Notes under the pieces: generated by a model | What the model was told of the DNA's origin: nothing | The model's input: only the letters and a program-made list of their open reading frames with translations | The model's database searches: none | Program-made: the position numbers and the translations under genes | In this document: positions 1-13,760 of the stretch, in pieces | Numbering within the stretch: the first letter of the stretch is position 1 | Layout: every line of letters begins with the position of its first letter | From: the human T2T-CHM13v2.0 reference genome, Homo sapiens | Strand: one strand, 5' to 3' | Assembly (NCBI RefSeq): GCF_009914755.1 | Contig: NC_060938.1 | DNA length: 64,000 nt

Positions 1-1024
1 TAGGCACACAGCGTGTGATCTCGCCTTGCTTTTCTCCCTGGAGGTGCAGCATCATCACAGGTGTTGGATGGACAGCTGGCAACCAATGTAAATGCCTGTT
101 TCCCCAGCTCTAATAAACGGGCTTAACAGCACATGCCCTCGTGCACCTTAGGAAGCCACATGTATTGCAGCTGGGCCACTGGGAAAAGGCACTTCTTTCT
201 TTCAGAATAAGGGCCAACTAATGTATCATGAATGACCCAACAACCCTACCTCTTAAAACGCTGTCTGAGAGCCTGAGCAAACTGGACCTCGCCAGTGGCT
301 GGTGAGAGCTCTGTGTTAATGGTGCTGGATTCCTGCGGGGGCCTGTGATTCCCCGCTCCGTAGAGAGTAGGACAGCACCCCGCCTCCTCCGGACATTGCT
401 GCACAGTGGGTGAGCCACCTGCTGCCCTGAACAGGAAGGGAAGGAGGAGCCGTCGGAGCTTGGGGCTAAGGACTCTCAAGAAGACCCACCGGCCCAGGAT
501 GCTGCAGCCACCCACGGCCATAAGGCAGGGGCGGGGCCCCCTCGCTGCTGGACCTCCTCCTCGGAGGATCTCGGTGGGCCTGGCCCCCACCCCAGCCTCC
601 CTGGGAAGCTCCCAAGGTCGCCTGGGCATCCTCAGCAGCCTCAGTGCCCCACTCACAGTGGTTCCTCCGCATCTCCCAGGCTTTGGCCCCAGCGTGGAAC
701 TCAAACCCTTTCCTTCCTTTCCTTGAGAAGCCCCTCAGAAGGCCCACGCTGCAGCACAGTCCGCACTGAAGGCAGCAGGAAGGGCTCCGCATCGCAGCCC
801 TGAGGACTCCGCGGCCCCGACCTTCCCAGCCCCCACCCTACCCCTCCAGGACCCCATGCTAAGGGGATCACCCTCCCCTTCCCGAGTGGTTACCCAGAAA
901 TTTTCCTCCCCACGAAGAGCAGGGCCAGGACTCACAAAATTTAAGACGGCGCTGGAAAAAAGTCTCAGTGATGAAGATGTCACATTTTAACCAATATTTT
1001 TAAAAATCAAAAGTAATGTGAAAA

Positions 1025-1265
1025 TGGTGGATACCTGCTGGGACACATTTGTCCAAACCCATGGAATGTAAAACAGCAAGAGTGGGCCCTACGGTGAACC
1101 CTGGGCTCCAGGTGATCACGCTGTGTCAGTGCAGGCTCACTGAGTGCAAGAGTTGGTTATGGGGGAGACTGTTCAGGTGTGGGGGTGGGCGTCTATGGGA
1201 AATCTGTTCCTTCCTCTCAATTTCGCTATGAACCGAAAACTGCTCTTAAAAATACACATTTAAAC
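1025..1265 (+). mobile_element. L1MC-type LINE-1 3' end fragment
   Basis: ACATTTGTCCAAACCCATGGAATGT...ATGGGAAATCT...CCTTCCTCTCAATTTCGCTATGAACCGAAAACTGCTCTTAAAAA matches the L1MC1/2 3' UTR. Confidence 0.8.
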
Positions 1266-1289
1266 ATTTTATTTAAGTGACACAAATGT

Positions 1290-2340
<1,051 letters not shown>

Positions 2341-2789
2341 TACAAAAGTAATGCAAAACACCCATGATGAAAAAAATCAAAATTTTAGATAAAGACAAGA
2401 TGAGCGCCATGCTGAGCCATATTGGAGCCTAAGACCAAGGGGGACACCACTGAGACTGATTCTGTCTTTATTTAAAATTGTGATATTTTGGTCATTCTGG
2501 ATTTCGATTCTTAAATACTGCAGTAACCTATGATTTTTCTAGATTACTGGGTTTAGTTTTGGGCCCAAGGCAAGTGCCTCACTCTCCTCACCCTCATTCT
2601 GGCCCTGAGGAATTCCATTTCCAGCTACTGAAATTAGAAGTGCTCCTCAGTCCTCCCACAGAGCTGATCGCAGTCACTCCATCCCAGCAGGGCAGGCTGT
2701 AGGGAGGGGCACTGGGTCAGGGCCAACCCCTTGCTCTCTGAATTCCCCACTGCAATCACTCCACAGAATAAAACCAAAGGCCTCCCGGA

Positions 2790-3424
<635 letters not shown>

Positions 3425-3425
<1 letters not shown>

Positions 3426-3462
3426 GTGTGTGTGTGTGTGTGCATGTGTGTGTGTGTGTATG
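3425..3462. repeat. (TG)n microsatellite
   Basis: About 18 TG units with two interruptions, located at the L1 tail. Confidence 0.95.
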
Positions 3463-6114
3463 TTAAAGAAAAAGGTAAAAGGCAAACAAACCAACAACAA
3501 CAAAAACAAACCGAAAGACAGGCCCTGGTCCATGACTCTCCAAAGTGGTTTTGCAGAAGAAGCATTCACAGTGGAACCGCCTTTCTCTTTTACCCTCTGA
3601 GCTCCATGGGCCAAAGTCACTGTGTACCTGGCCCCACTTCATCTGGCCAGAGGCCACTGTTTGTAAAGCAGCAAAGATAAATATTTTCCACCAGTTTGGT
3701 TTTTAAAGTAATTATGTGTTTTGTTCCCCAAACACTTTTTCTAATCCTACGTTGTCAACCCTCCTTAATTCAGAAAATGCACCGGGACCACTCCTCAGGT
3801 CTCCCTGCGATTCAGTCACCAGTCACAGCTCTGCTGGGACCGCACACTGTCCCCCACACATGCCGCCCTTGACTGTTGTGACAAAGAGCTTCCAAGAGCA
3901 TCAGCATAACAACAGCATGCAGAGGCTGCAGGGGTGAGTGGGCACCGATTTACACATCAGACAGTGGGTGCACCCCAAGCCTCCACGTGACTAGCCAGGG
4001 TCCTGTTGCTGGCCAGGCCTTCCCCTGTGGAGTCTGGCCCCTCCTCCATCGCGCTGGACTTGTCCCCCTGCATCTTAACCACAGCCCATCAGGCCCCAGC
4101 CCCACGACAAGTAACGCAAGCAAATAGGAGTTCAGGGTGAGCCCCAGCCCTGTCCAGCCAGGACAGGCTGGCCCGCCGGGCCTGTTTGCTCCTCCCTGCA
4201 GATGAGGTTGGGGGTGTTCATGACGGGGGAGGGCAGAACCCCCTGATAACAGAGCTCTACTGGCCCGAGATGCTTCTGCAGAGCCGGCGTGGCACCGTGG
4301 CCAGCACCCACTCCCGGCGGGGGCTTCACCGAGCCCAGCCGTCCTTCCCAGCGGGCTCCACGCTTCTGCTTGGTATGCGGCAGGGGTCCGTGACAGGGTC
4401 CAGCCGCCTTCCCAGGCCATTCGAGTCAACTCCAGAAAGGCTTTTTGTTGTCATTACCACCCTCAGCCATTAGCAGGGGCAGTTTTTGTCTTCCCAAATG
4501 GGAAAGTATCTTTTGCTTTTCTCTTTTGACACTGACTATTTGGCCTAACGCAGGGACCAATTAAACTAATTAATCCCCAGGCACTGTGCCGATGGAGAAA
4601 CTAGGCTCTCACACTTCAGATCACTCCAAAGGAAGTAATCTGATTGTTGCATCATTTGGGGACCCTTTGTACAGCTCTGACCTTTGTGACCCAGACCAGA
4701 GACCCCAGTCTTCCAAGTGGCCCCTCCCCAGGACTCCGGGGCTGTGTGTCTTGCATCTCCCCATCGGCCACCTCCTACCCCCACATTCAGGGGCCATCAG
4801 ACCCTCCCACCTCACACATCCTCACCTAGGATACAAGCCAGGCAGCAGCTCCAAGGGGAACCGCTTGTCACTTCCATGAACAATTAGCACTTTCTCTAAG
4901 AAGAGGAAATAAAGAACCCCAAATACAGGGGGTGGGGGGCTGAAGCTGTGCAGCTCCTCAGACTGCAGAGGGAGAGCCGTCAGCTGAAAGGAGAGTGCTC
5001 AAGGTGAAGCTCAAAGGCCCCTGGAGTCCTCTAGCAAGGGCGGCTCAGCTCCTAGCTAACGGGTGCCTCGTCAAATGCATTTTCTTCATGGACAACAACA
5101 GAATTTCTTTGGCTCCGGCAGGGAAGAGCAGCTGTCCACACTGTTTATTCAAATACCATCCTGGCAATATTCCGATTTTTTTTCTCTCTCTCGTCCCTGC
5201 AGGATCTGAAACTATCAGTGGGGCAGTTGGAAGCACGTCTCTACACATGGTTTTCCAGGGTGGTATCTTTGCAGCACGCAGAAATCCTCTTCTGAAGAGT
5301 CCTTTGCTGTATTCCCCCGTGCCTCCCCACCCCCACCCTCCCACCCCCGCTAATGGGCATGTTTCCGTGAACACTGAAGACGAAAAACATGCGATTTTGA
5401 ATGTGTCTCTTTCACGGTCACACATTTCTTTTTATTGTGCATCTTGGCTGAGCCACGCTTTAAAATTCCCAGCAACCGTTCCCAAGTCAGTTTTCAAAGA
5501 GTCTTGCACCTTTGACCCAATAAAAACCAGAGAGAACTGGACGAAGACTTGTGGCATGTCTCGGAAAGCATTTTGCTAATAAAAGTTTCATTTCTTTCCC
5601 TTTGATTTCCCATTGCTGCTTGGCGCCCTGGGCTTGCTGACCGAAGGTTCGCTCCACAGCCTTGCACACACTGTACATCTTGACAGGCACCGTGATCCAA
5701 GGAGAACTTTGCACAGTGCTGTGGCCGCAAGCACTGACAATGCGTAAAGCTGTGTTTCCCTGTTACTTTCAGAGGACCTGTCATTTTCAGGCCTCGATGC
5801 ACCCCCGTGGGCCTGAACACCGCCCTCCTATTAGGTCTCTCTTGTTCAGTAACTCTCAGGGGCTCCCAGGCCTTCCAAATTAAGTCCAAGGCCTTCAAGA
5901 GGGTGTTCTGGGCCCCATCAGCATGCCCAGCCTTCCTGGCCAGCCTCATCCTCCAGCCCTCCCTATGTGTCCACACACTGGTCTGAGAGGCTACTCACCA
6001 TCCAGCAAAGAGCCTGCACCTTTCTGGGCCTTTCCTCGTGGGTTTCCTTCCCACCTCGGCCCTCGCACCGTCTCCATCTCAGCCTGCTCACCTCCCACTC
6101 CACCCCACACACAG

Positions 6115-6500
6115 GAGTCTCCTGTTGCTGTCATAACACATCACTACGAACTTGGTTGCTTAAAACAACATACATTTAAGATCTCCCAGTTCTGGAAGTG
6201 AGGAGACTGGGATGGCCTCAGTGGGCGAAAATCAGTGTGAGCTGGACTGGTGGTTTCTGGAGGTGCCAGGGCAGAGTCCATCTCCTTGCCTTCTCCAGCT
6301 CTAGAGGCGCCTGCACTCCTTGGCTCATGGCCCCTTCCTCCATCCTCACGGCACATCACTGCCACCTCTGCACATCTACGGGCGCATCTCCTGCTCTCTG
6401 TGCCCCACCCCCACCCCCCCGCCTCTCTCTTTCCCTATGAGGACCTTGGGGGCAACACTGGACCCGTCAGAGGATCCAGGATTATCTTTCCATGCAAGAT
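6115..6500 (-). mobile_element. MLT1D-like MaLR solo LTR
   Basis: GCTTAAAACAACA...TTCTGGAGG...CCTTGCCTTCTCCAGCTCTAGAGGC...CCTTGGCTCATGGCCCCTTCCTCCATC...ATCCAGGATTATCT. Confidence 0.85.
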
Positions 6501-7149
6501 CTGTGGGCCCTGGTTCAGCCGAGCACAGCACACAAGCACCTGGTGAGCACCTTCCAGCTCACACCTGTTCACCTCCACGATCCCATCTTGATTTCCCAAA
6601 GCAACTTTTCCATTACCTAGACAAAATGTTTCATTCCGTGTTATGGGTAAAACCACTGAGGCCCACACAGCAGTAAACATCAGAGCAAGACAGGGCAGGA
6701 AAGTGAAGGCTCAGGGACCCCACAAGGATGGCCAGAGGGGCTTGTCAGTCTCACCCAGGGAGGCCTCGCTCCCAGGGTCAGGCCCAGCTGCTCTGATGCA
6801 GGCGTCCTGGCCCTCAAGGCGAATGGCCACAAATGCCCGGAGCAGGTCAGCAGCTCGTTCCCAGCTCTGGATTCCCAATTCTGAACGCAGTCATTTCACA
6901 GTTAGAATGAAGTCCTCACCTCCCTCCGCAGACCTGCCTCTTTCCCAGGAGCTGCCTAGTGAGAAAAAAAAAAAAAACTGGGCTGGAGGACAGAGGAGCC
7001 AGCAGACCTGGGTTGGAGCCCAGTTCCACCCCTCTGAAGCCACGTGGCCTTGGGCTGGAGCAGGACATTTAGTGTCCAAACAGCAGCACACGCTCCCAAA
7101 GGCCATGCACACTCACACTCAAGTGGCTGGACTTCTTTGAGCCCTAGAT

Positions 7150-7495
7150 CCCTCCTCACCATGGAGTATGAGTGGACCAGCATGTACACATTCCAGGCCC
7201 TAGACCTAAAAGGAAGGGACAGGGGTATTGCCTCCACTTCCTTTTCTCAGCGTGGCCCTGACTGGAACGCGCATGGGATGGAGGGAGATGCAGCAACCAT
7301 CTTACGCCGCGAGCTCAGAGTTCCTTGTTGAGGAGAGCAGTGCAGCAGGCTAGATGGCTTCCAGGCTCCCATGGTCTTGGTGTTGCCACATCATCCTGAA
7401 CTCCTCGTGTTTCTAATGTTACGTGAGAGAGAAATACACTTCCATCATGTGCGAGCCCCTAGCTGGGGGGAGTCTTTTCTTGGCTATTACAGGTT
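7150..7495 (+). mobile_element. Old MLT1 (J/K/L-type) LTR fragment
   Basis: CTGGAACGCGCATGGGATGGAGGGAGATGCAGCAACCATCTT and TTACGTGAGAGAGAAATACACTTC motifs. Confidence 0.65.
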
Positions 7496-8606
7496 TTGCC
7501 TCAACCAAACCAAAACTCCATGATGTGGGCTCCACAGACCAGGGCTTCCGTAGTCCAGGACACAGATTTTGTGAGGGACAGTTGTCGACCCTTGTTGCAC
7601 CGTGGAAATCCTTTCATAGAAACATTCCCTGTGGTGCTTAGAAGTCAGACCACATCCTGACAGCCCTGGAACTCTAGAACTGGTTTTGAAAACTCAGAAT
7701 GTAGGTGTGTGTTGGCTGCCACTTGCTTCTTTTAGGAAGTGATACAGGAGAGCTACAAAGATGGCTCTGTAGGAGATAAGAGGCAGGCTCCAACGTCTAA
7801 GCGCCTCCCATACACAGCTCTTAGCTGGGCAAGGGCAGCCAGCCCAGGAGCCATCATCTGTAGAGGTGCTGCTGTCCTCCCGCCCAAGCCTGCTGGTTCA
7901 ACTCGCTACCCGGGAGTTACCATTAAATGAGCGAGAAGAAGATGGGCCAAGAACAGAGGCTTGGAAATAAAAAAATTAAAAAAAGACTTTTTAAGCACAA
8001 AAATCCAGCTCTAGACAAGATCTTTAGGTGAGTCCATGTGCAACATGGAACTGACCAGGTGCAAATAGACCAGGAGCCTATGACATTTTAGAGGACATTC
8101 TATTGCCAAATAAACCAGAAGTGTGGCTTTCAAAAGCGTGGGGTTTTTTGTTCTTGTTTTTTTTTACATTTCCCCCCACTAAAAAAATCCCTGGACTCCC
8201 CAAACCCACATAAGCCAGAAATGTGTGATGGAGGTTGAGCTGCTGATGCCCGCCCAGCTGGGCACAGTCATAGCCATGGACAGTGACTGTGGCCTTGGCC
8301 CTTCCTCTCTCTTCCAGGGCCTGTTTCTGTAGCAGTCCTGCTGCTCCTGTCCCAGCATCATCTATGAAGAGGGGCTGCAGACCACTGCCTTTTATGTTCA
8401 GAGTTTGTGGCTCCCTGCTCCCAAGGCACTGCCTCAGCCAGGATGAGGGGACTGCACGTCCCCCACAGATCCTGGACTCGGAGCTGGACACAGGGGAGGG
8501 ACTGCAGGGCCAACCCCATGTCAAGGAGCTGAGTGTCTTTAGAGCCCAAAGAGAGGGTCTGTGTGTATATCGGGGCAGGGGGCCCAAGGGGGTGGACACG
8601 ATGTAG

Positions 8607-9050
8607 ATTGTTAGGCATCCCCCCATATCCATCTGGCCCTTCCTTCTTTAGTAACAGGACCCATGACATTTTATGAAGGCCCAGAACCATCCATAAGGTG
8701 ATGTCCCCAGCCTCCCTTGAAGCTTGAGGTGACTGTGGATGGGATGGGATCTGGAACAAACAGCCCCTTAAGGAAAGAGCCACACATCCCAAGCTCTCTT
8801 CTCCCTTTTCTGCTGGCTACACAGTGGGACTGAAGGCAGACAGAGCCTTCTTCCTTCTCGAGCTACAAGGTGGGAGGTGCACCAGGGCAGCAGTGCTGTG
8901 ATCAAAGGAGCCTGAGCCCCAAACTCCAAGGAGCTGCCGCTTCAGCCCTACACGACTCATGTCGGAAGAAAGAAGAGACCCTTCCTTGTTATGCTCAGAG
9001 TCGCACTGGGATCTCTGTTACGGCGGCCAGCCCCGTGATCTAACCAATAC
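8607..9050 (+). mobile_element. Old MLT1 (J/K-type) LTR
   Basis: CCCTTCCTTCTTTAGTAACAGGACCC, CCCAGCCTCCCTTG, AAGGAGCCTGAGCCCC and the end CTCTGTTAC...CTAACCAATAC. Confidence 0.65.
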
Positions 9051-9399
9051 GGCAACAGTGTCTGCTACGCGTAGGTCCCAAAGCACAGGCTGGGGAGGGA
9101 GGGGACCCTGCGTGGTTTGAGGGTTTTTTGGGTTTTGTATATCTTTAACCAGGAATAAACTGTCGTGTGATTTCTGCCACTCCTTATGTCTCCCTCGCAG
9201 AGGACAAGGCTGCAGCGTCAGTCTCCATAGCGATGCAGGAGGCGCTCTGTGAAACTGACACAGGTTTACACACGGATGAAGTTACTGCTGCTGGAGCCCG
9301 ACTCCCCCAGCTCTCACCTGCTGGGTGGATGATTTGCTTTTTGGGTTCGGTTCTTTCACGAAATACTGGACAAGCTGGGATCCTCAGATAATTGATTCA

Positions 9400-9522
9400 T
9401 CTGTGCCTCACTTTTATCATCCATAGAAATGGAGCTCACAGCCGTTGCTGCCATTTGGGGTGGTGGCTGGAATGAAACGAGGTGGTGTGGGCCAGGCACT
9501 TGGCACAGGGCCTGGCACTCAG
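9400..9522 (+). mobile_element. MIR fragment
   Basis: CTGTGCCTCACTTTTATCATCCATAGAAATGG...GCACTTGGCACAGGGCCTGGCAC. Confidence 0.65.
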
Positions 9523-10149
9523 CTGGCTACCAGCACGGCCGAGTGCTCAGGGTCCCAGGAACCCCGAGTCAGAAAGCATCTGAGATGCTGCCATCTAGAA
9601 GCACCAGGGAGAGGCCTGATGGGGGGACCCAAGCCGAGCCTGGCAGCTACGGGGGGGAATAAGAAAAGCTTATCAGGGACATGCAAAGTCCGAGGTGCCA
9701 GAGGTGCCCGAGACCAGGTGAGGTGACCAAAAGAGAGGGGCCTGGAGACAGCAGTGTGCAGCCATGGAGGCTCAGGTACCTGTGAAGACATCAACTAGAA
9801 GGAGGCATCTAGGCTTGGATGGGAAGCAGAGAGGTCTCTGGCCAAGCCCTGGAAAGCAGTGGCATTGGGAAGAGGACGAGGAGCTGGACAGATGATGGAG
9901 CAGCAGCAAGGGAGGGCTGACCACATCCAGTCCCCTATTGGGGTCTCACAGTAGGGCCACTCGGATCTCCCCATCTTCAGCACCATTCCCTCCTGGGCCA
10001 CGGGCTCCAGCAGAGCAGGAACCATGTCAGAGTTGTCATTCTATCTTCCAGGGTCTCTGTTCCTTCAGTAGCCTCCCCACCTGTCTCCCTGCCATGAAAC
10101 ACAGAAAGCGACCTCATCACTCCTCTGCGGAGAGCCCTCCAACAGCCCT

Positions 10150-10368
10150 GCACTGTGCAGTAGGTGCTTAGTAAATGCCTGGTGGGTGAGGGCTTGGCAT
10201 GAAGTAGGTGCACAGTCTGCATCTGATGAATGAACATAGCAGGTGCTCAATAAATCCTCAGTGCACAGGAACCTGTCATGTAGTAGGTGCATAGTCTATG
10301 TCTGACAAATGAATGTAACAGGTACTCAATACATGCTCAGCAGACGAGGGCCTGGCACGCAGTGGGTC
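10150..10368 (+). repeat. Tandemly repeated L2 3'-end motifs (two ~79-bp units plus a partial unit)
   Basis: GTAGGTGC at 10160, 10204 and 10283; CAGGTGCTCAATAAAT / CAGGTACTCAATACAT; GAATGAA tail motif. Confidence 0.75.
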
Positions 10369-11509
10369 CTTGGGTCTCGTGCTCCGAGGGAATCCAGGGG
10401 CTCCGTGGCCTAGCTTACTCCACACTCCCCCCTGGAAACCTTGGTCCCCTGGCTTCTCCTTGGCCACCTCTGCCAGGATCTGGGTGTCCTCAGGAGACCC
10501 CGAGAAGCGGGTGCCACAGAACTGGGAGGCAGTGTTCCTTTCCGTCTTCCCATCGGGCTAAGACTCAAAACAAAACTGTCAGATTTCAGAACATTTCACA
10601 GCAGCAAAAATAACTGCACTTGGGGAAAAAACATGCAGACACTTCTCAAAGTCATCTAGTCGCTTCAACAATGTGCCAAAAGCTTCTGGAATTGACAGGT
10701 TCGGTTTGCCACGCACCAACTGCGCCTACCCCTGCCAGCCTCGTCTCCCTAGGCCCCCAAGCTCCTTGTGTGCCAAAGCCCCGGCACAGAAAAGGCATCC
10801 AGGGGGATGCCCAGGAGCCACCTTTGCCCGGCCCTACTAAGTGCTGATCCAAAGCCACGCCCAGGATCCATAAGCCACAGATGCCAAACCCAAGGTGGCT
10901 GCGGCAGGGACAGGAAAGAGGAGAGTAATGTGTGGATAGGCACCTGATTACCTGCCGGGCACTCCCTGTCTGCCCCCTCATTGGATCCTCACACCACCTT
11001 ACGAAGAGGGTCTGCCCACTTTATAGACAGGCACTGGGGCTCAGGGAGAGTCCTCAGGGCAGAGGCAATTTCTTTCCCGCAGAGGAATTCTGGCCGGCCT
11101 CTTGCTCTTTTCTCTCCTCCTTCCAACCCAAGTTGGCTGACCCCACACCTGCCCAGCCGAGATCATCTCTCCCTGCCACCTGGGCAGCCTGGTGCGACGG
11201 CATGGTGATATTTGTGCACCGGATATGAGCAGAAGGACAATGTCCAGTGCCCCTGTTGTGCCCTCTCCTCCTCCCGGGGGCAGCAGGAGCTGGAACAGCA
11301 TCTCAGGTCCAGTGGTGGAAGTCACACTGAGAGCTGCAGAGCCACAAGAGGGAAGGAGCCTGGGCTGCTGAGGCTGGGCCACTGTGCTGGAGGCCTGGAT
11401 GGCACATCCCATCACCAAGGGTTAGGGACATGAACACTCAACCTAGGTCACACACCTGGCAACAGATTCGGCACAGCTGTCTCTGTGGTTCTGTATCAGG
11501 AGCCCGAGC

Positions 11510-12450
11510 AGGGCAACCTTGTTGGCCCCATGGAGGAGGCTGGACTGTATCCCAGGAGGATGGGGGCTACTGGACAGGAGGGCATTGAACAGGGCAGTGA
11601 TTTGGTCCGACGTGTGTCTTTCAAAGCAACTGTGGCCGCTGTACCCAAGTGGATTGAAGGGGACGGTCGGGCCTCTGAAGAGTGAGAGACAGTGGTGCTT
11701 ACAGCTGGGTGATGCCAGAGATGGAGAGAAGCAGAGAGATCCCAGACATGTTCTGGATAAGGACACGACAGATGCAGAGGAGCGTGAGGAAGACCCCGGG
11801 GCTGAGCCCTAACCTTGGCTTGAGCAGCTGGGGCTGAGTTGGCGCCATGGACGTGGCAGCAGAGAACGCTAGTGGAAGGGCCAGCTGGGAGAGGCAGGTC
11901 AGCGCTCAGCTCGGGCGAGCTCAGTCCAAGATGCTGGGAGGTAACCAGGGGGCGATACCGAGTAGGCAGGTGGGTTTCAGAAGATGGTGTGGGGGTCTAG
12001 GGGGAACTCTCAGGCTATAGCTGGCAGTGAATACCGAGGGAGGCAATGGAGTCAGCTGAGAGGAAGAGTGCCACAGAGGCGTGTCTGGGCGGGCCTCTCA
12101 CAGCGCCCACGCTTAGAGGTTGCTAGAAAGGGAGGGGGCCTCAAAAGAGCCTGTGGGGAGCAGCCAGAGAGGGAAAGGGAGGCCACATGAGTGTGGGAGC
12201 CAGAAGTCCCGAGAACAAGCCACCTCCTGTGTCAAGGCCGGAAGAAGAGGCCGCTGCATCCTCTTCAAGAGAGGCCACACCAGATCTGCTGAGAGTGCGG
12301 CCGCGGGGGAGGAGGGAGTCGGGGCCTGGCTGCAGAGGGTCTCGCAGACGGGGGGGACTCCGTGCACATCATCCCTTGGAGAGTTTTCCCCAAGACAGAA
12401 TGGGGTGTGGAGAGCTGGCAGGAGGTTGGGGTCTGGGAGGGGGCATTGAG
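11510..12450 (-). mobile_element. Degraded L2 LINE
   Basis: Purine-rich L2-antisense signatures: GAACAGGGCAGTGA, GAGATGGAGAGAAG, GGCTTGAGCAGCTGG, GAGCAGCCAGAGAGG. Confidence 0.65.
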
Positions 12451-12519
12451 AGAGGAGGTGCAGGGACACGTGAGCGCCAGTGGAGCCCAAGGCTGCAGGC
12501 GGCTGGGGCCAACGCAGCT

Positions 12520-12788
12520 GGCCTTGTACAGGGCTTGGCTGATTTTCGGCCATCCTCCACTCTAGACCACTTTTTACTTCATATTTCTCTTAGATTCAAT
12601 CCTAAATACTGCCACTTTTTAAACCTTGGCCTTTTTCTAGGCAATATTCTCAGTGAAATCAGATTTGCTAGGCTATTTTTTTTTTCTAATAAACGTGAAA
12701 ACAAATATGTAACTATGCAAAAGGCCCATCCACGCACCTCAACGTGGCCTTGGGACCCACCAGGCCTACCTTACTTTGGGAACTCAGG
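12520..12788 (+). mobile_element. MER113A-like hAT-Charlie MITE
   Basis: GATTTTCGGCCAT, TTTACTTCATATTT, CACTTTTTAAAC, GCAATATT...GTGAAATC and terminal ACTTTGGGAA match the recalled MER113A; explains the local AT-rich island. Confidence 0.65.
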
Positions 12789-13594
12789 AGGGAGGAGGGC
12801 GGCCAGCTCAGTCCCTGGTGTCAGGTGGCTGGGATGGCCTCCCGGCTCCATCCCTCACAGGCAGGTTACTGAAGGTCCCCAGGCCCCAGTCACTCATCTC
12901 CCTCCACAGCAGGCTTGGAGATGGAGGACAGCGATCCACAGACAGCCCTTGGCAGAGCCGGCAGCTGGCTGGCCTTGTGAGGTCTAGGCTCAACCAGGGT
13001 CGCCACCGTTACTGTTGCCTAAGATGCGGGAGAGCCGCGACCCCGGGGGTGGCCCCCACGGACAGTCACCGGACACCTGTGCTCTGCCAGCTCCACTCTG
13101 GCCAGGGTTGTGATATATTCAGCGAGGCTCTGGAATATATTACAAACCATGAACTGCAGAGCCTCCCATGCCAAACATGAGCATAGGCAGAACCAGAGTG
13201 TGGCCAGTCTACCCACCCCTGGGGAGATCCAAGAGTCTCAGAGGATCTAGCAGGGAGAGATGCTCCAAAGTGCAGACAGGCCCCGCCCTTCCGGGGGTGG
13301 GTGAGGGCTGTGGGTAAACAGCTTGGTACAGAGGCTGCCACCGGCACCCAGGAGAGGGTTCCAGCTTCCCCCGGGGCTGGGGACACACGTTGCTCCTGGG
13401 CTCTGTCTCCAAGTGAGAGGTTATATAACCATGGCCGTTGCAGCAGCCCCGCTGGCTGGGCCCTTGCTCCTCGCACGAGGGCTAGAAACAACCCTCCTGC
13501 CCCCTTTTCACCATTTTCTAATTTGGTCCTCTCTGAGCTACCAGGATCTGCAAATAAAACGTCACACTCCTTTTCTAAAGTGGCTTCCCGATTA

Positions 13595-13760
13595 TCTCCT
13601 TTTACAGGTAGGAAACTGAGACAGAGAGAATCCCATGACCAAATTGTGGAGTAGGACCAAACTTTAAAGGACAATGAGTCCAATCTTCTCCCCATTTGAC
13701 AGATGTGGAAACTGAGGCCCAGCAGGGCAGAGAACTAGATGCCATCACCCGGCAAGAAGA
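13595..13760 (-). mobile_element. Two MIR core fragments
   Basis: TTTTACAGGTAGGAAACTGAG and CCCATTTGACAGATGTGGAAACTGAGGCCCAG. Confidence 0.75.

Noticed and set aside
10150-10368. CRISPR-like repeat-spacer array
   Set aside because: Eukaryotic context, degenerate L2-derived units, no constant repeat and no cas genes.
12560-12720. AT-rich island as a possible enhancer (likewise 46950-47230)
   Set aside because: Better explained by MER113A-like transposon remnants.
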